From NCBI GenBank assembly GCA_963667845.2, contig CAXXVL010000002.1, positions 96,001 through 160,000 on the forward strand: DNA of 64,000 bases. Reading direction: 5' to 3'. The translations under genes were made by a program, and so were the position numbers. The stretch is from Smithellaceae bacterium (GTDB lineage Bacteria > Desulfobacterota > Syntrophia > Syntrophales > Smithellaceae). Below are positions 19,666-29,008 of the stretch, piece by piece; the stretch's first letter is position 1; the number at the start of each line of letters is the position of its first letter. The notes under the pieces are model-generated. The model was not told where the DNA came from. It saw only the letters and a program-made list of their open reading frames with translations, and searched no databases.

Positions 19666-20916
19666 TCAGAAGATCAGTTTGTTAAGCCGCTTGATAAGCG
19701 ACTGCGCCGGAGCGAAATCACTCCGGATGTTCAATATCTTTTCACAGTCGGAGAGAGCCTGGGTATAGAGCTTCATCTCGTAGAGCGTCTGAGCCCGCCC
19801 CCAGAAGCCGTCGATCTGCGAAGGATTAATGGCAACGGAACGGTCATAGTCTTCCAGCGAGCGGTCATAGCGCTTCAAAACGCGGAAGGTCAACGCCCGG
19901 TTATTGTAACAGCGCACGTTTTCCTGATCGTAACTCAAGGATTTGGAAAAATCACGGATCGCCCGCAGATAATCGGACAGGCCGAAAAACGCCATGCCCC
20001 GGTGATTGTAAACGAGCGATCGCACTGAATCCTTTATTTTCAGGCGCAGGATGGATGTGTAAATTTCGATGGCCTTATCCAGTTGCCCGCCGCTGTGCGC
20101 GGAAAGCGCCGCCATGAGCGCCTTCTCCAGATTCGCCTCTCCCATGACGGAATCGAGATCGCTCGCGACAGCGGGCTCCAAGGTTTTTTCCGGCAAGAAT
20201 TGCAAATCCGCGTCGATGGCCGGATGAGCGGCAGGCGAGACTTCCAGGCTCTGGCGCCGCTTGCGGTCGCGCTCCCTGATTTCCTTCTGATAGTCGCGGA
20301 TTTCCTGAAAGATCAGGTCCGAAAGCGTAAGGGTGGCATTGAGCGATGCCAGTTTGCGCCGGATGGATGCATTGGGCAGCGTGATGTCGGACTTGTAGAT
20401 GAGTTCGTGCTCGACTTCCGCCCAGGCATCCTGAAGCGTCGTTCGCAGTTGCACTTCGCAAACGTCAGCCGTAAAGGGCAGCTCCTGTTTACGGTAGATG
20501 GGATCGATCCGGATCAGGAAATGAACCGCGTCATAACCGAACTCTCCTATGGAATTGCGCGAGCCCTTCCTTTCCAGTTCGACGACACTGAAATTGGCTT
20601 TAATCAGGTTTTCGACAACATTCAGATCTTCCAGAAAAGGGCAGACAATCCTCAGACCCAGAATGTCCGTAATGGCCGCGGCATCACTGCCCTGTTCGTG
20701 ACGGGACAGTTTGATCAATTTATCAAAGTAAGCTTCAAACCGTTTGACGCGGTGCCGGACCGTGAAAGAAGCGCCATGGATCTCCAGGATGGATTTCACC
20801 TGCTGATTCAGCGATTGCAGAATCTCGTCATAAACCGGAGAGAGTTCTTCATAGATGGCTTTGAGCCGGCTGCGATCCAGGTCCTCGGGCAATATGAAGG
20901 CCAACTGATCATTCAT
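19666..20916 (-). CDS. Small alarmone synthetase (RelA/SpoT synthetase domain) fused to TPR repeats
   Basis: RVK..DK, DILGLRI, GYDAVH, EVQLRT..WAEVEH motifs; C-terminal TPRs (YNHRG, YNNRA); no HD domain. Confidence 0.88.
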   Translation of the reverse strand: MNDQLAFILPEDLDRSRLKAIYEELSPVYDEILQSLNQQVKSILEIHGASFTVRHRVKRFEAYFDKLIKLSRHEQGSDAAAITDILGLRIVCPFLEDLNVVENLIKANFSVVELERKGSRNSIGEFGYDAVHFLIRIDPIYRKQELPFTADVCEVQLRTTLQDAWAEVEHELIYKSDITLPNASIRRKLASLNATLTLSDLIFQEIRDYQKEIRERDRKRRQSLEVSPAAHPAIDADLQFLPEKTLEPAVASDLDSVMGEANLEKALMAALSAHSGGQLDKAIEIYTSILRLKIKDSVRSLVYNHRGMAFFGLSDYLRAIRDFSKSLSYDQENVRCYNNRALTFRVLKRYDRSLEDYDRSVAINPSQIDGFWGRAQTLYEMKLYTQALSDCEKILNIRSDFAPAQSLIKRLNKLIF

Positions 20917-20933
20917 GAACCGTCACCCCTGTT

Positions 20934-21542
20934 CTAAATATCGGGCTCGCTCAAATGACTGCGGTCGTTGAGGGTTTCGATATGCGCCTGCCCGCCGCTT
21001 ACCCGAATCACTGTTTTCGATGCAGTGCCCACGCACGTGCTGCGAAATTCGGCAAGACTGATATTGCGCACGCGGCAGAGTATCGCGGCAATCGTAAAGT
21101 TGTGGGCAACCACCAGGGCGTTCTGCCCGCCGGCGATAATCCTCTCCATGGTCTGCCAGGCGCGTTCCTGCAGCTCTGTGAGCGTCTCTCCGCACGGCAT
21201 CCGGACGGACGCGGGGTCGGCAACCCAGCGTTTAAGGAATTCCTTTTCGCGGGCCATCAGTTCCTTGAAAGACAGACCTTCAAAATCGCCCTGATCCATC
21301 TCCATCAAGCCGGGATGAATATCAATCACCTTCCCGTGAAAGTCGTTGATGATTTCGGCGGTCCGATAGGCCCGTTTGAGCGGGCTTGCATGAATGGCGC
21401 CGACATCGGCATCCTTCAGAGACAGGGCCAGGCGTTTCGCCTGTTCGATGCCTGTCTCACTTAATTCAATATCACTTACGCCCTGTATCCGGCCCTCTTT
21501 ATTCCAAAGCGTTTCGCCATGACGAATCAGTATCAGTTGCAT
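20934..21542 (-). CDS. Histidine phosphatase (phosphoglycerate mutase/CobC-like)
   Basis: RHGET, SPLKRA, EMDQGDFEG, VAH motifs. Confidence 0.9.
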   Translation of the reverse strand: MQLILIRHGETLWNKEGRIQGVSDIELSETGIEQAKRLALSLKDADVGAIHASPLKRAYRTAEIINDFHGKVIDIHPGLMEMDQGDFEGLSFKELMAREKEFLKRWVADPASVRMPCGETLTELQERAWQTMERIIAGGQNALVVAHNFTIAAILCRVRNISLAEFRSTCVGTASKTVIRVSGGQAHIETLNDRSHLSEPDI

Positions 21543-21600
21543 ATTATTACCCCGGCGGCCTGAGGCACGCCAAGGCCTCCGGCCGTCCGGAAAAATTTAT

Positions 21601-22650
21601 TTAAGCCTTATAGGCGTTGATTTTCGCGATCGTGGCTTCCGCTTCGCTGATCACGCGGTCGATCAACTCTTTGGTCGTCGGGTCGTCCATGATGCCACCG
21701 CAGCACTGTCCCGCAAAGAGAATGCCGCCTTCCACGTCGCCTTCATTCAGTGCTTTGAGGTGTTTCATGTTGCCCACGGCCTGGCGCGCAAGCACCATCA
21801 AAGGATGGCCTTCCTCGGCCCGGAGCATGTCAATGCTGACGCCGACAAATTTGGCAAAGGACAGGTTCATCAGGCGCTTGACGAGGAGCGCGCCCTTGAC
21901 GGCTTCCACCACCGGAAATCCGCGCTTCGTCATTGCTTCGGCTTCTTTGGTTTTCAGCACCCGGCCGTCCATGCCGTCAAAGACGTTGTCGTAGAGCGTA
22001 TCCTGCTCGGTCGCCGCGATGCACAGCTTCTTGAAGTTGTCGTGCACCATGCTTTCCTTTACGACCATGAAACGGCTGCCCATGGAAATACCGTCCGCAC
22101 CCAGAGCCAGCGCTGCGGCCAGTCCCCTGCCGTCGTAAAATCCGCCGGCTGCGATGAGCGGTACCTTGACCATCGAGGCCACCAGGGGGATCAGGACCAT
22201 CGAGGTGGCGGCTGCGCCATGCGCCGCCGCTTCGTGGCCGGTGATCACCAGCGCGTCGCAGCCCAGCTGCACGGCCTTGGCCGCATGCTTGGCAATGGCG
22301 ATCGTGCCGACAACTTTTCCGCCGTAAGCATGCACGTCGTTTACAAACCACGGCTTTCCCAGGGAGTAATTGATGATGGGAACTTTCTCTTCGATGGCGA
22401 CGGCGATATTTTCTTTCGCGCCGGGACCCACGAGGATCTGATTCACGCCGAAGGGTTTATCCGTCATCTGGCGGATCTGCCGGATGTTGTCCCGCGTCTC
22501 CTTCGGATTGCAGCGCGCAATGGCCAGGATGCCCAGCCCCCCCGCGTTGCAAACGGCCGATACCAGCTTGGGTTCCGTGATCCAGTTCATCCCGGCGAGC
22601 ATTATAGGGTGCTCAATGCCGAACATTTCCGTCATTCTTGTCTTGAACAT
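21601..22650 (-). CDS. Nitronate monooxygenase/FabK-like FMN oxidoreductase
   Basis: PIMLAGM, GHEAAAH, IAAGG..DGRG, MGSRF; start at 22650 with ggagag RBS. Confidence 0.88.
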   Translation of the reverse strand: MFKTRMTEMFGIEHPIMLAGMNWITEPKLVSAVCNAGGLGILAIARCNPKETRDNIRQIRQMTDKPFGVNQILVGPGAKENIAVAIEEKVPIINYSLGKPWFVNDVHAYGGKVVGTIAIAKHAAKAVQLGCDALVITGHEAAAHGAAATSMVLIPLVASMVKVPLIAAGGFYDGRGLAAALALGADGISMGSRFMVVKESMVHDNFKKLCIAATEQDTLYDNVFDGMDGRVLKTKEAEAMTKRGFPVVEAVKGALLVKRLMNLSFAKFVGVSIDMLRAEEGHPLMVLARQAVGNMKHLKALNEGDVEGGILFAGQCCGGIMDDPTTKELIDRVISEAEATIAKINAYKA

Positions 22651-22772
22651 AGGTCTCTCCTTATCTGTAATCAAATTATTTTGATATATCTCGTCATGTG
22701 TTCTTTTCCGGCCAGAAGCATAAGAGAAGAGGAAGTCGATGTCAAAGCAATTTTACTGAGAGCTCCGAAACG

Positions 22773-22816
22773 GAAAAGCGCCCGCAGCCGGGAGCCGGTC
22801 ATGCGGGCGCTTTTTC
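22773..22816 (-). terminator. Terminator after ABC substrate-binding gene
   Basis: aaaagcgcccgca/tgcgggcgctttt stem. Confidence 0.7.
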
Positions 22817-22854
22817 AACCGGAATCTTTCTGTCCGGAAGATGTTTTACCGTCG

Positions 22855-24093
22855 TTAATCGATATTCATGAAGACGATCTGCGTGCTCCCCTTGGTGATC
22901 TTCTTGATCTTGTCCGCTTCTTTCTGCGATTTCGTCCACCACGCATACAAGTGGGGCTGCGTAAATTTGCCGTATTTCATGGTTTGCACAACCGCCATGC
23001 AGAGCATTCGTCCAGTGGGCGTCATGGCCATAAATTCCATGGGATAACGGTCGCCCAGCATCGGGAATACCCGGGGAAACGCCCCGCGAATCGCATAAAC
23101 GTTATCTACCGTACCCGCTTCGGCAATGGCCAGCGCCAGGGCATGCATGGATGTGTAGTTGATAACGCTTTCCCATGTGACGTTTCTTTTATAAATATCT
23201 TTATAGGTCTGGATGAACCGAGCCGATGCCGGATAAGGCACGTCTGTCACTTTCGCCGTCCCGATGCATCCCTCCATGCCCAGCGGTTTTTGCATCACCG
23301 ATTGGATGGCGTCCAGTTTGGCCTGATCAATCAACACAAAACCGCCTTCAAATCCTCGGGCACGCGCCTGCTCAATGATCATGGCCGTGGTAGCCGAAGG
23401 GCCGCCGATGAGCATAAAATCGGGATTCGTCGCCATTGCTTCAGCAAGCGGCACGGTAAAATCTGTCCGGGTATAATAGTTGGCCGGCTTATCCGCCGTG
23501 ATGATGCCGCCCTTTTTCACCCACTCGTTGCTGAATACTTTGCGCCAGGCTTCCCCATAAGCACCGGCGGTAACCACCATGGCACACTTGCGCCAGCCTT
23601 TTTCCCAGGCAAGCTGGGCTTCAATTTTACTGTAAATCGTGAACGGCATCGTCAATGTTACGGTCAGTTTATTTCCCATTTCGGACACCGTGGGCACGCT
23701 GGTATAGGCCATGACGAGAAATTCATTCTTCTTCTCCGTATTCATTTTCATCAGCGCCTGAAGATTGCCGAAGACGGGATTAAAAATGGCAATGGCCTTG
23801 TGTTCTTTGCGCAGCTTCTGCGCATTCGCCACGGTAAATTCCGGATTAATCTTGTCGTCCATCTTCTCGAACCGGAAGGTGTATTTTTTACCTTTTACGA
23901 CAATGCCGCCCTTGGAGTTGATTTCATTAACGGCCATATCGATGCCATTCACGCAATCCTGTCCGTATTCTGCGGCGGGACCGGAGAGCGGCCCGGTGTA
24001 GCCGATCACGATGTCCTCCGCCCCGGCAACCGCCGCCCACATTATTGCTAGAATCATTGCTGTAAGAAAGGTAAAGCTAATACGTTTTCTCAT
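22855..24093 (-). CDS. Branched-chain amino acid-type ABC substrate-binding protein (orphan)
   Basis: Signal peptide, IGYTGPLSGPAAEYG...INSKGG LivJ/LivK-type N-terminus. Confidence 0.88.
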   Translation of the reverse strand: MRKRISFTFLTAMILAIMWAAVAGAEDIVIGYTGPLSGPAAEYGQDCVNGIDMAVNEINSKGGIVVKGKKYTFRFEKMDDKINPEFTVANAQKLRKEHKAIAIFNPVFGNLQALMKMNTEKKNEFLVMAYTSVPTVSEMGNKLTVTLTMPFTIYSKIEAQLAWEKGWRKCAMVVTAGAYGEAWRKVFSNEWVKKGGIITADKPANYYTRTDFTVPLAEAMATNPDFMLIGGPSATTAMIIEQARARGFEGGFVLIDQAKLDAIQSVMQKPLGMEGCIGTAKVTDVPYPASARFIQTYKDIYKRNVTWESVINYTSMHALALAIAEAGTVDNVYAIRGAFPRVFPMLGDRYPMEFMAMTPTGRMLCMAVVQTMKYGKFTQPHLYAWWTKSQKEADKIKKITKGSTQIVFMNID

Positions 24094-24315
24094 ACGTCTT
24101 CCCCCTTTATTCTTATGAACTTTAACCGGCTTGAAAAATATGCATGCAAATTAACAAAATTTCTAGCCTTTTGCAAGGAATCAAAAATATCTACGACCGC
24201 CCGTCATTGGTTCTTAAGGCTTTTGCCGCCTGCCGATCCGGGTCATTGACAATGCCGTTCATTCTGATAAAAAGCGCAAATGAGTTATTGCATGTGATTT
24301 TGAAAGGTGATGAAA

Positions 24316-24789
24316 ATGAAGCTTGTGACCGAACAGCTGGTGAATGAGTTAGCGGATAAGGCCGGAATGACTGAGCGTCTGAGAACCAATTACAATATCC
24401 ATGAATCCTTATCCGATCCTGTGCAGCGATTATTCATCGCCGCCTGCCGGGCATCCTATTTCCGCCCGCACCGGCATCCGGGGAAAAGCGAGTTTGCCCT
24501 GATCATCCGCGGCCTGTTTGATGTGCTGCTGTTCGACGGCGACGGCACTCTCACCGAGCGGATATCGGCCGGGCCGCAAACAGACATCCTGGCCCTGGAA
24601 GTTCCGGCGGATATTTATCACACCTGGATCCCAGTCGCCCAGCAGTCAGTATTCTTTGAAGTCAAACAGGGGCCTTACGACGCGGCGACCTCGCTTGATT
24701 TCGCCCCGTGGTCGCCGCAGGAAGGGTCGGCGAAAGTAAAAGCATTTCAGGCAAAGCTTGCCGCCCTGAACGTCGGCGACCGGATCTGA
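24316..24789 (+). CDS. WbuC-family cupin metalloprotein
   Basis: RLRTNYNIH..DPVQRL, PHRH, YHT, FEVKQGPY; exact start among 24307/24310/24316 uncertain. Confidence 0.82.
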   Translation: MKLVTEQLVNELADKAGMTERLRTNYNIHESLSDPVQRLFIAACRASYFRPHRHPGKSEFALIIRGLFDVLLFDGDGTLTERISAGPQTDILALEVPADIYHTWIPVAQQSVFFEVKQGPYDAATSLDFAPWSPQEGSAKVKAFQAKLAALNVGDRI

Positions 24790-24854
24790 TTTAAAGCGTC
24801 CGATCGCCCGCACGTGCAGGCTTTAGCACTTTGATGGGTATCAGGCCTGCGGCC

Positions 24855-25148
24855 TCAGCATCTCTCGATTTCCGTGAGGACGGACATTTCCGGCCGGCCG
24901 CCGACAAACGCGGCGCTGGTCTTGAAAAATTCCTTGAAGTAGGGCGTAGTGGAATGATGATCGAGGGCGGCCTTATCCTTGTATTGTTCAACCACTACCA
25001 GCACGTTGGGATTGGCCGTATCGCGGTTGAGGCAATACAGAACGGTGCCCTCTTCCCCGGCCACTTTGGACATCAGGCCCTTGAAGGCGGCTACGGCTTC
25101 GTCCATTTTTCCTTCTTTAATAGGCAGTTTGGCTACGACGGTTATCAT
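24855..25148 (-). CDS. Antibiotic biosynthesis monooxygenase (ABM)-family protein
   Basis: EEGTVLY, EQYKDKAALDHH..TPYF pattern; RBS aggag. Confidence 0.88.
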   Translation of the reverse strand: MITVVAKLPIKEGKMDEAVAAFKGLMSKVAGEEGTVLYCLNRDTANPNVLVVVEQYKDKAALDHHSTTPYFKEFFKTSAAFVGGRPEMSVLTEIERC

Positions 25149-25313
25149 TTTGACTCCTCCTTTATAGTTATATGAGATTTAAAATCCGTCACTCCATAAC
25201 ATATCAGCGGCTCTTCAGGCAAGGCGTCCGCATGTTTTCCTACCCGAATTTCGTGTCCAGGTGATCTATCAGCAAGATATACCTAGGTATTCCGGCAGTT
25301 CTATTTATTTCTT

Positions 25314-25342
25314 TTGACATATGAAAACGATTTCCATATACT
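25314..25342 (+). promoter_or_regulatory. sigma70 promoter with an operator-like palindrome in its spacer
   Basis: TTGACA-17-TATACT; TATGAAAA-cga-TTTCCATA overlaps the spacer. Confidence 0.7.
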
Positions 25343-25398
25343 CCACGGCCTTGCGCTAAGTCTCAAAGCGCAGACAAGAAGGGAGTTTTTCGTAAAGC

Positions 25399-26385
25399 AT
25401 GATTTACCTGCATGGTGTCGGGCACTTTCATCCCGAAAATGTAATTAGCAACAAATTCTTGGAAGAATTGAATATCGGTACGACGGTGGAATGGATTATG
25501 GAACGCGTCGGCATTGCGACGCGGCGAACCATTCTGCCTCTGGATTATATCCGCGAGACCAAAAACGCACGCCCCTGGGAAACGGACCGGGTCCGCCTCT
25601 ATTCCAACGCTCAGATGGGAGCGGCTGCCGCGCGGATGGCCGTTGACCGCGCAGGCATCAAGGTGGAGGATATCGGAATGGTTATTTCCGGAAGCTCTCT
25701 GCCGCAGTATCTCACGCCTCCCGAAGCATCAACCGTCGCCGGCACGCTGGGGATTGATGTTCCCTGTTTTGACATCAATGCGGCCTGCGCCACCTTTGGC
25801 GCACAGATGTGGCACCTCGACTCGGTCAAGCCGGAGAAAATGCCGCCGTATATTCTGGTCACGAACATCGAATGCCCAACGCCCAGCACGGACTACGCAG
25901 ACCGACGGTCGGCCGTTCTCTTCGGCGATTGCGCCTCTGCGACCATCGTGTCGCTTACCGTGCCTTCCAATAAGATCTTTACCGGCTGCGAAATGACCTC
26001 CAAACCGACGATGTGGGACAAAGCGGTGGTCCCCCGCTGGAGTTATTTTACGCAGGACGGCAACGCCGTTCAGGGGTTTGCTATTCGCAAAACAACGGAC
26101 TGCCTGCGCAACCTTCAGGCCCTGTTTCCTCACGTCGACAAGGAACATTTCTATTTTGCCGGACACCAGGCCAACCTCGGCGTTCTCCAGAGTGCCTGCG
26201 AGCGCACGGGAATTTCGCCTGAAAAGCACTGGCACAACGTCGAGTTTTACGGCAATGTCGGCTCCGCCAGCGTGCCCACGCTTTTGAGCCAGCACTGGGA
26301 TGAGCTTCGCCCGGGAGATCATGTCGCGATCGCCATCGTCGGGGCGGGACTGGCGTGGGCACAGATGATGCTCATCATTCAATAA
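25399..26385 (+). CDS. 3-oxoacyl-ACP synthase III (FabH-like)
   Basis: Cys-His-Asn triad: NAAC, HQAN, YGN; LFGD. Confidence 0.88.
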   Translation: MIYLHGVGHFHPENVISNKFLEELNIGTTVEWIMERVGIATRRTILPLDYIRETKNARPWETDRVRLYSNAQMGAAAARMAVDRAGIKVEDIGMVISGSSLPQYLTPPEASTVAGTLGIDVPCFDINAACATFGAQMWHLDSVKPEKMPPYILVTNIECPTPSTDYADRRSAVLFGDCASATIVSLTVPSNKIFTGCEMTSKPTMWDKAVVPRWSYFTQDGNAVQGFAIRKTTDCLRNLQALFPHVDKEHFYFAGHQANLGVLQSACERTGISPEKHWHNVEFYGNVGSASVPTLLSQHWDELRPGDHVAIAIVGAGLAWAQMMLIIQ

Positions 26386-26568
26386 TCATTTAAAAATCCG
26401 GAGACGGTTTTTTTGCCGGCACTGTCGGCAAAAACCGTCTCCGGCAGACGATTTTATCTCCAGCATTTGCAGCTCCCTGCTTTATTCAATTCCGGGTATC
26501 TTTATTCAACAATTGAGCACTCGCGCCCTGACAACTTACTTGCCGCTTTGCAATCCGGAACCATTTTT

Positions 26569-26597
26569 TTGACATTCCATCGTACCATATCTATATT
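26569..26597 (+). promoter_or_regulatory. sigma70 promoter
   Basis: TTGACA-17-TATATT. Confidence 0.6.
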
Positions 26598-26651
26598 TAA
26601 TTCGTTGCTGTAAAAAAAGTTTTTACCGATGACTGCGCCGGGAATAAATCC

Positions 26652-27749
26652 ATGAATTTCATTCAAAGATTTGATGACAGGGCAGGGAAACGGCATGCGC
26701 GGGTACACCGTTGGAGAGTTGCGCTCTGTGCGGCCCTTTTCATCGGATTCTTCTTTTTTTTCAGTGCGGGAAACGCATTCTGCGACGATGCGGAAAAGGA
26801 CTGGAACAGGCTGTCCGGACCGATCCCCCTCATTAACCAATCCCCGATCCAACTCCTGTTTCTCCAAACACCCCCGGACAGGGCCGAAACTTACCCGCAG
26901 GGAAAATTTTCCGTGAACCTGATGTCCTCCATTGCCAATACGCTTTTGTGGGATCAATCGGGCGGCTATCTGGGCTATGTTGATACGGAAATTATCAGGT
27001 CCAGTCTCGAATTAAAGTATGGGATCCTCTCCAGGCTTGAAATCGGTATGTCCATTCCCTTCATGTACGGTTCCGGCGGTTTTATGGACCACGGGATACT
27101 GGAGTTTGAAAAATTATTCGGCGCTTCGAGGCACTTGAGAGAGAACGAGGACAATGGAGGATGGGCCAATCAGTATACCTATAAGGTATCCAGGAACGGC
27201 AAGGTTTTTATCCAGGGGAATAATGGATCTTCAGGGCTGGGGGATATTGCGCTGAGACTGAAGGGTAAGATACTGAACGAAAGCGACATTTTGCCGTACG
27301 TGAGCGCCCGGTTCTCCGTCAAGCTGCCGACGGGCGACGAAGACCGGGCATTCGGAAGCGGGGCCGTGGATTACGGTTGCGGCCTGCTCTTACAAAAAAC
27401 CGTATTGAAGAGGCTTACCACTTACTTCAATGCCGACGTTGTTTTCCCGGGTCAGGCCTATAAGCAGGTCGATGTCTCCCTGCAGACGTTTTATAATCTT
27501 ATGCTGGGCACCGAGATTAAGCTGACTCACGGCTTATCCGTCATGGCGCAGCTCAGCTATATCACCCGACCGTTTAGGGACACGGGTCTTGATCTGCTGG
27601 ATAGTCGAATATGGGATCTCCTCCTGGGTTTAAGCTATGTAACGAAAGGCGGCTACTTTGTCCAGGGTGGTCTGGTCGAGGATATCATTGGATCATCAGA
27701 TGCCAGCGCCGACATTGTTTTCTTTATAAACGTGGGGAAAAACTTTTAA
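26652..27749 (+). CDS. DUF3187-like outer-membrane beta-barrel protein (second paralogue)
   Basis: Signal peptide, NQSP, VKLPTGD..GSG, terminal Phe. Confidence 0.68.
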   Translation: MNFIQRFDDRAGKRHARVHRWRVALCAALFIGFFFFFSAGNAFCDDAEKDWNRLSGPIPLINQSPIQLLFLQTPPDRAETYPQGKFSVNLMSSIANTLLWDQSGGYLGYVDTEIIRSSLELKYGILSRLEIGMSIPFMYGSGGFMDHGILEFEKLFGASRHLRENEDNGGWANQYTYKVSRNGKVFIQGNNGSSGLGDIALRLKGKILNESDILPYVSARFSVKLPTGDEDRAFGSGAVDYGCGLLLQKTVLKRLTTYFNADVVFPGQAYKQVDVSLQTFYNLMLGTEIKLTHGLSVMAQLSYITRPFRDTGLDLLDSRIWDLLLGLSYVTKGGYFVQGGLVEDIIGSSDASADIVFFINVGKNF

Positions 27750-28011
27750 TCCGGATTTCACGGGCCGCATGCGGGCCGATCGCGGGATTTTTTTTGAGTA
27801 GAACGGATCGTTTCACACAGCATATCCGGATGGCAAAAGGCGATTTAGAAGCACACAAGACTGCCTGCGCCGTAACGCCCTTGACGAGATGGCCGTATTG
27901 AGCCGGGAACAGCAGACACATCTCCATCAAAAGCCGCTCTTGATCTTTATCGATGCAAGTATTATTAGCGTATGAATAAATAGCATCAGCTCACCGGTCT
28001 TTCAAAGGTAA

Positions 28012-28938
28012 GTGATGGAGGATATGATTATGCAAACAGATCGTGAACGAAGTGATTCAGAACCATTTACCGATCAGGACAAAAACGCCAGCGAAGAAGC
28101 TCCGGTCAAACCGAAGCAGATCCTGATTATTGCAATGATGCTGGTTGTGACCACGGTGGTCAATGTCTTTCTCGAACACATCATCCAGCCGTCCTCTCTG
28201 GTTTTTGTTTATCTCGTACCCACCATCGCGGCCGTGATTTATTTTGGAACCTGGGCGGCGGTTCTATCGTTTACCGCCGGTTTCTTCATCTTCAATTTCG
28301 GTTTTGTGGAACCCTTCTATTCATTGCACATTTCCAACCCCCAGGACATCTATAATGTCGTCGTCTATTTCAGCATTGCCGGCCTGATCACCTATCTCAT
28401 CAATATCGTCCGCCGCCAGAACATCTTTCTCGCCAACAGGCTGGATCGGGTTTCCCTCATCGAAGAGATGACGAGAGAGTATCTCCTTTTGACGCCCATC
28501 GAAGAGACTTCGATAAACGAGAGCCTCGCGGAGACGCTGCGGGCAAGGGTATTTGCCCAATTGGGGCAGCTTGCCGTAAAATATATCAAGACAAGTCTGG
28601 ATGCACCGGCCCTTGTTTTCTTCCGTGAAGACGAGGGGCGTCTCAAACTCTGGGCAAAAAACGGCCTCGACCAGGAAATTACGGAAAAAGAAAATGCCGC
28701 CGCATCCTGGACACTGATCAATGGTGATGTTTCAGGAGCTGGTACCCTGACCCAAACGGATACGCCTTACTATTTCATTCCCCTGAAGTCTCTGGAAGGC
28801 GTGATCGGCGTCATCGGGATTTTAGGCGATTCCCGGAATCTCTTCCCGGAGCAGCGGCGTCTGCTGGGAACGATCGCCAATCTGACGACCATCGTCGCTT
28901 TCGGATGGATGCGACTGAAATTCCGGAAAAACGGATAA
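28012..28938 (+). CDS. KdpD-like membrane (DUF4118) plus GAF protein lacking kinase domains
   Basis: 4 TM with FNFGFVEPFYSL motif, SGAGTLT..YYFIPL..GVIG GAF segment; stops where HisKA would begin. Confidence 0.8.
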   Translation: MMEDMIMQTDRERSDSEPFTDQDKNASEEAPVKPKQILIIAMMLVVTTVVNVFLEHIIQPSSLVFVYLVPTIAAVIYFGTWAAVLSFTAGFFIFNFGFVEPFYSLHISNPQDIYNVVVYFSIAGLITYLINIVRRQNIFLANRLDRVSLIEEMTREYLLLTPIEETSINESLAETLRARVFAQLGQLAVKYIKTSLDAPALVFFREDEGRLKLWAKNGLDQEITEKENAAASWTLINGDVSGAGTLTQTDTPYYFIPLKSLEGVIGVIGILGDSRNLFPEQRRLLGTIANLTTIVAFGWMRLKFRKNG

Positions 28939-28948
28939 CGCGTCTGAA

Positions 28949-29008
28949 AAATCAAACGCCTCGCAGCAAGCTGCGGAGAATTAACGCTCGTCGGGCGTGT
29001 GCGGATTA
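28949..29008 (+). repeat. Repeat family A, short form, overlapping kup stop codon
   Basis: aaatcaaacgcctcgcagcaagctgcggagaattaacgctcgtc. Confidence 0.85.

Noticed and set aside
21760..24051. 763-aa plus-strand ORF
   Set aside because: Antisense shadow of two well-supported minus-strand genes; no motifs or RBS
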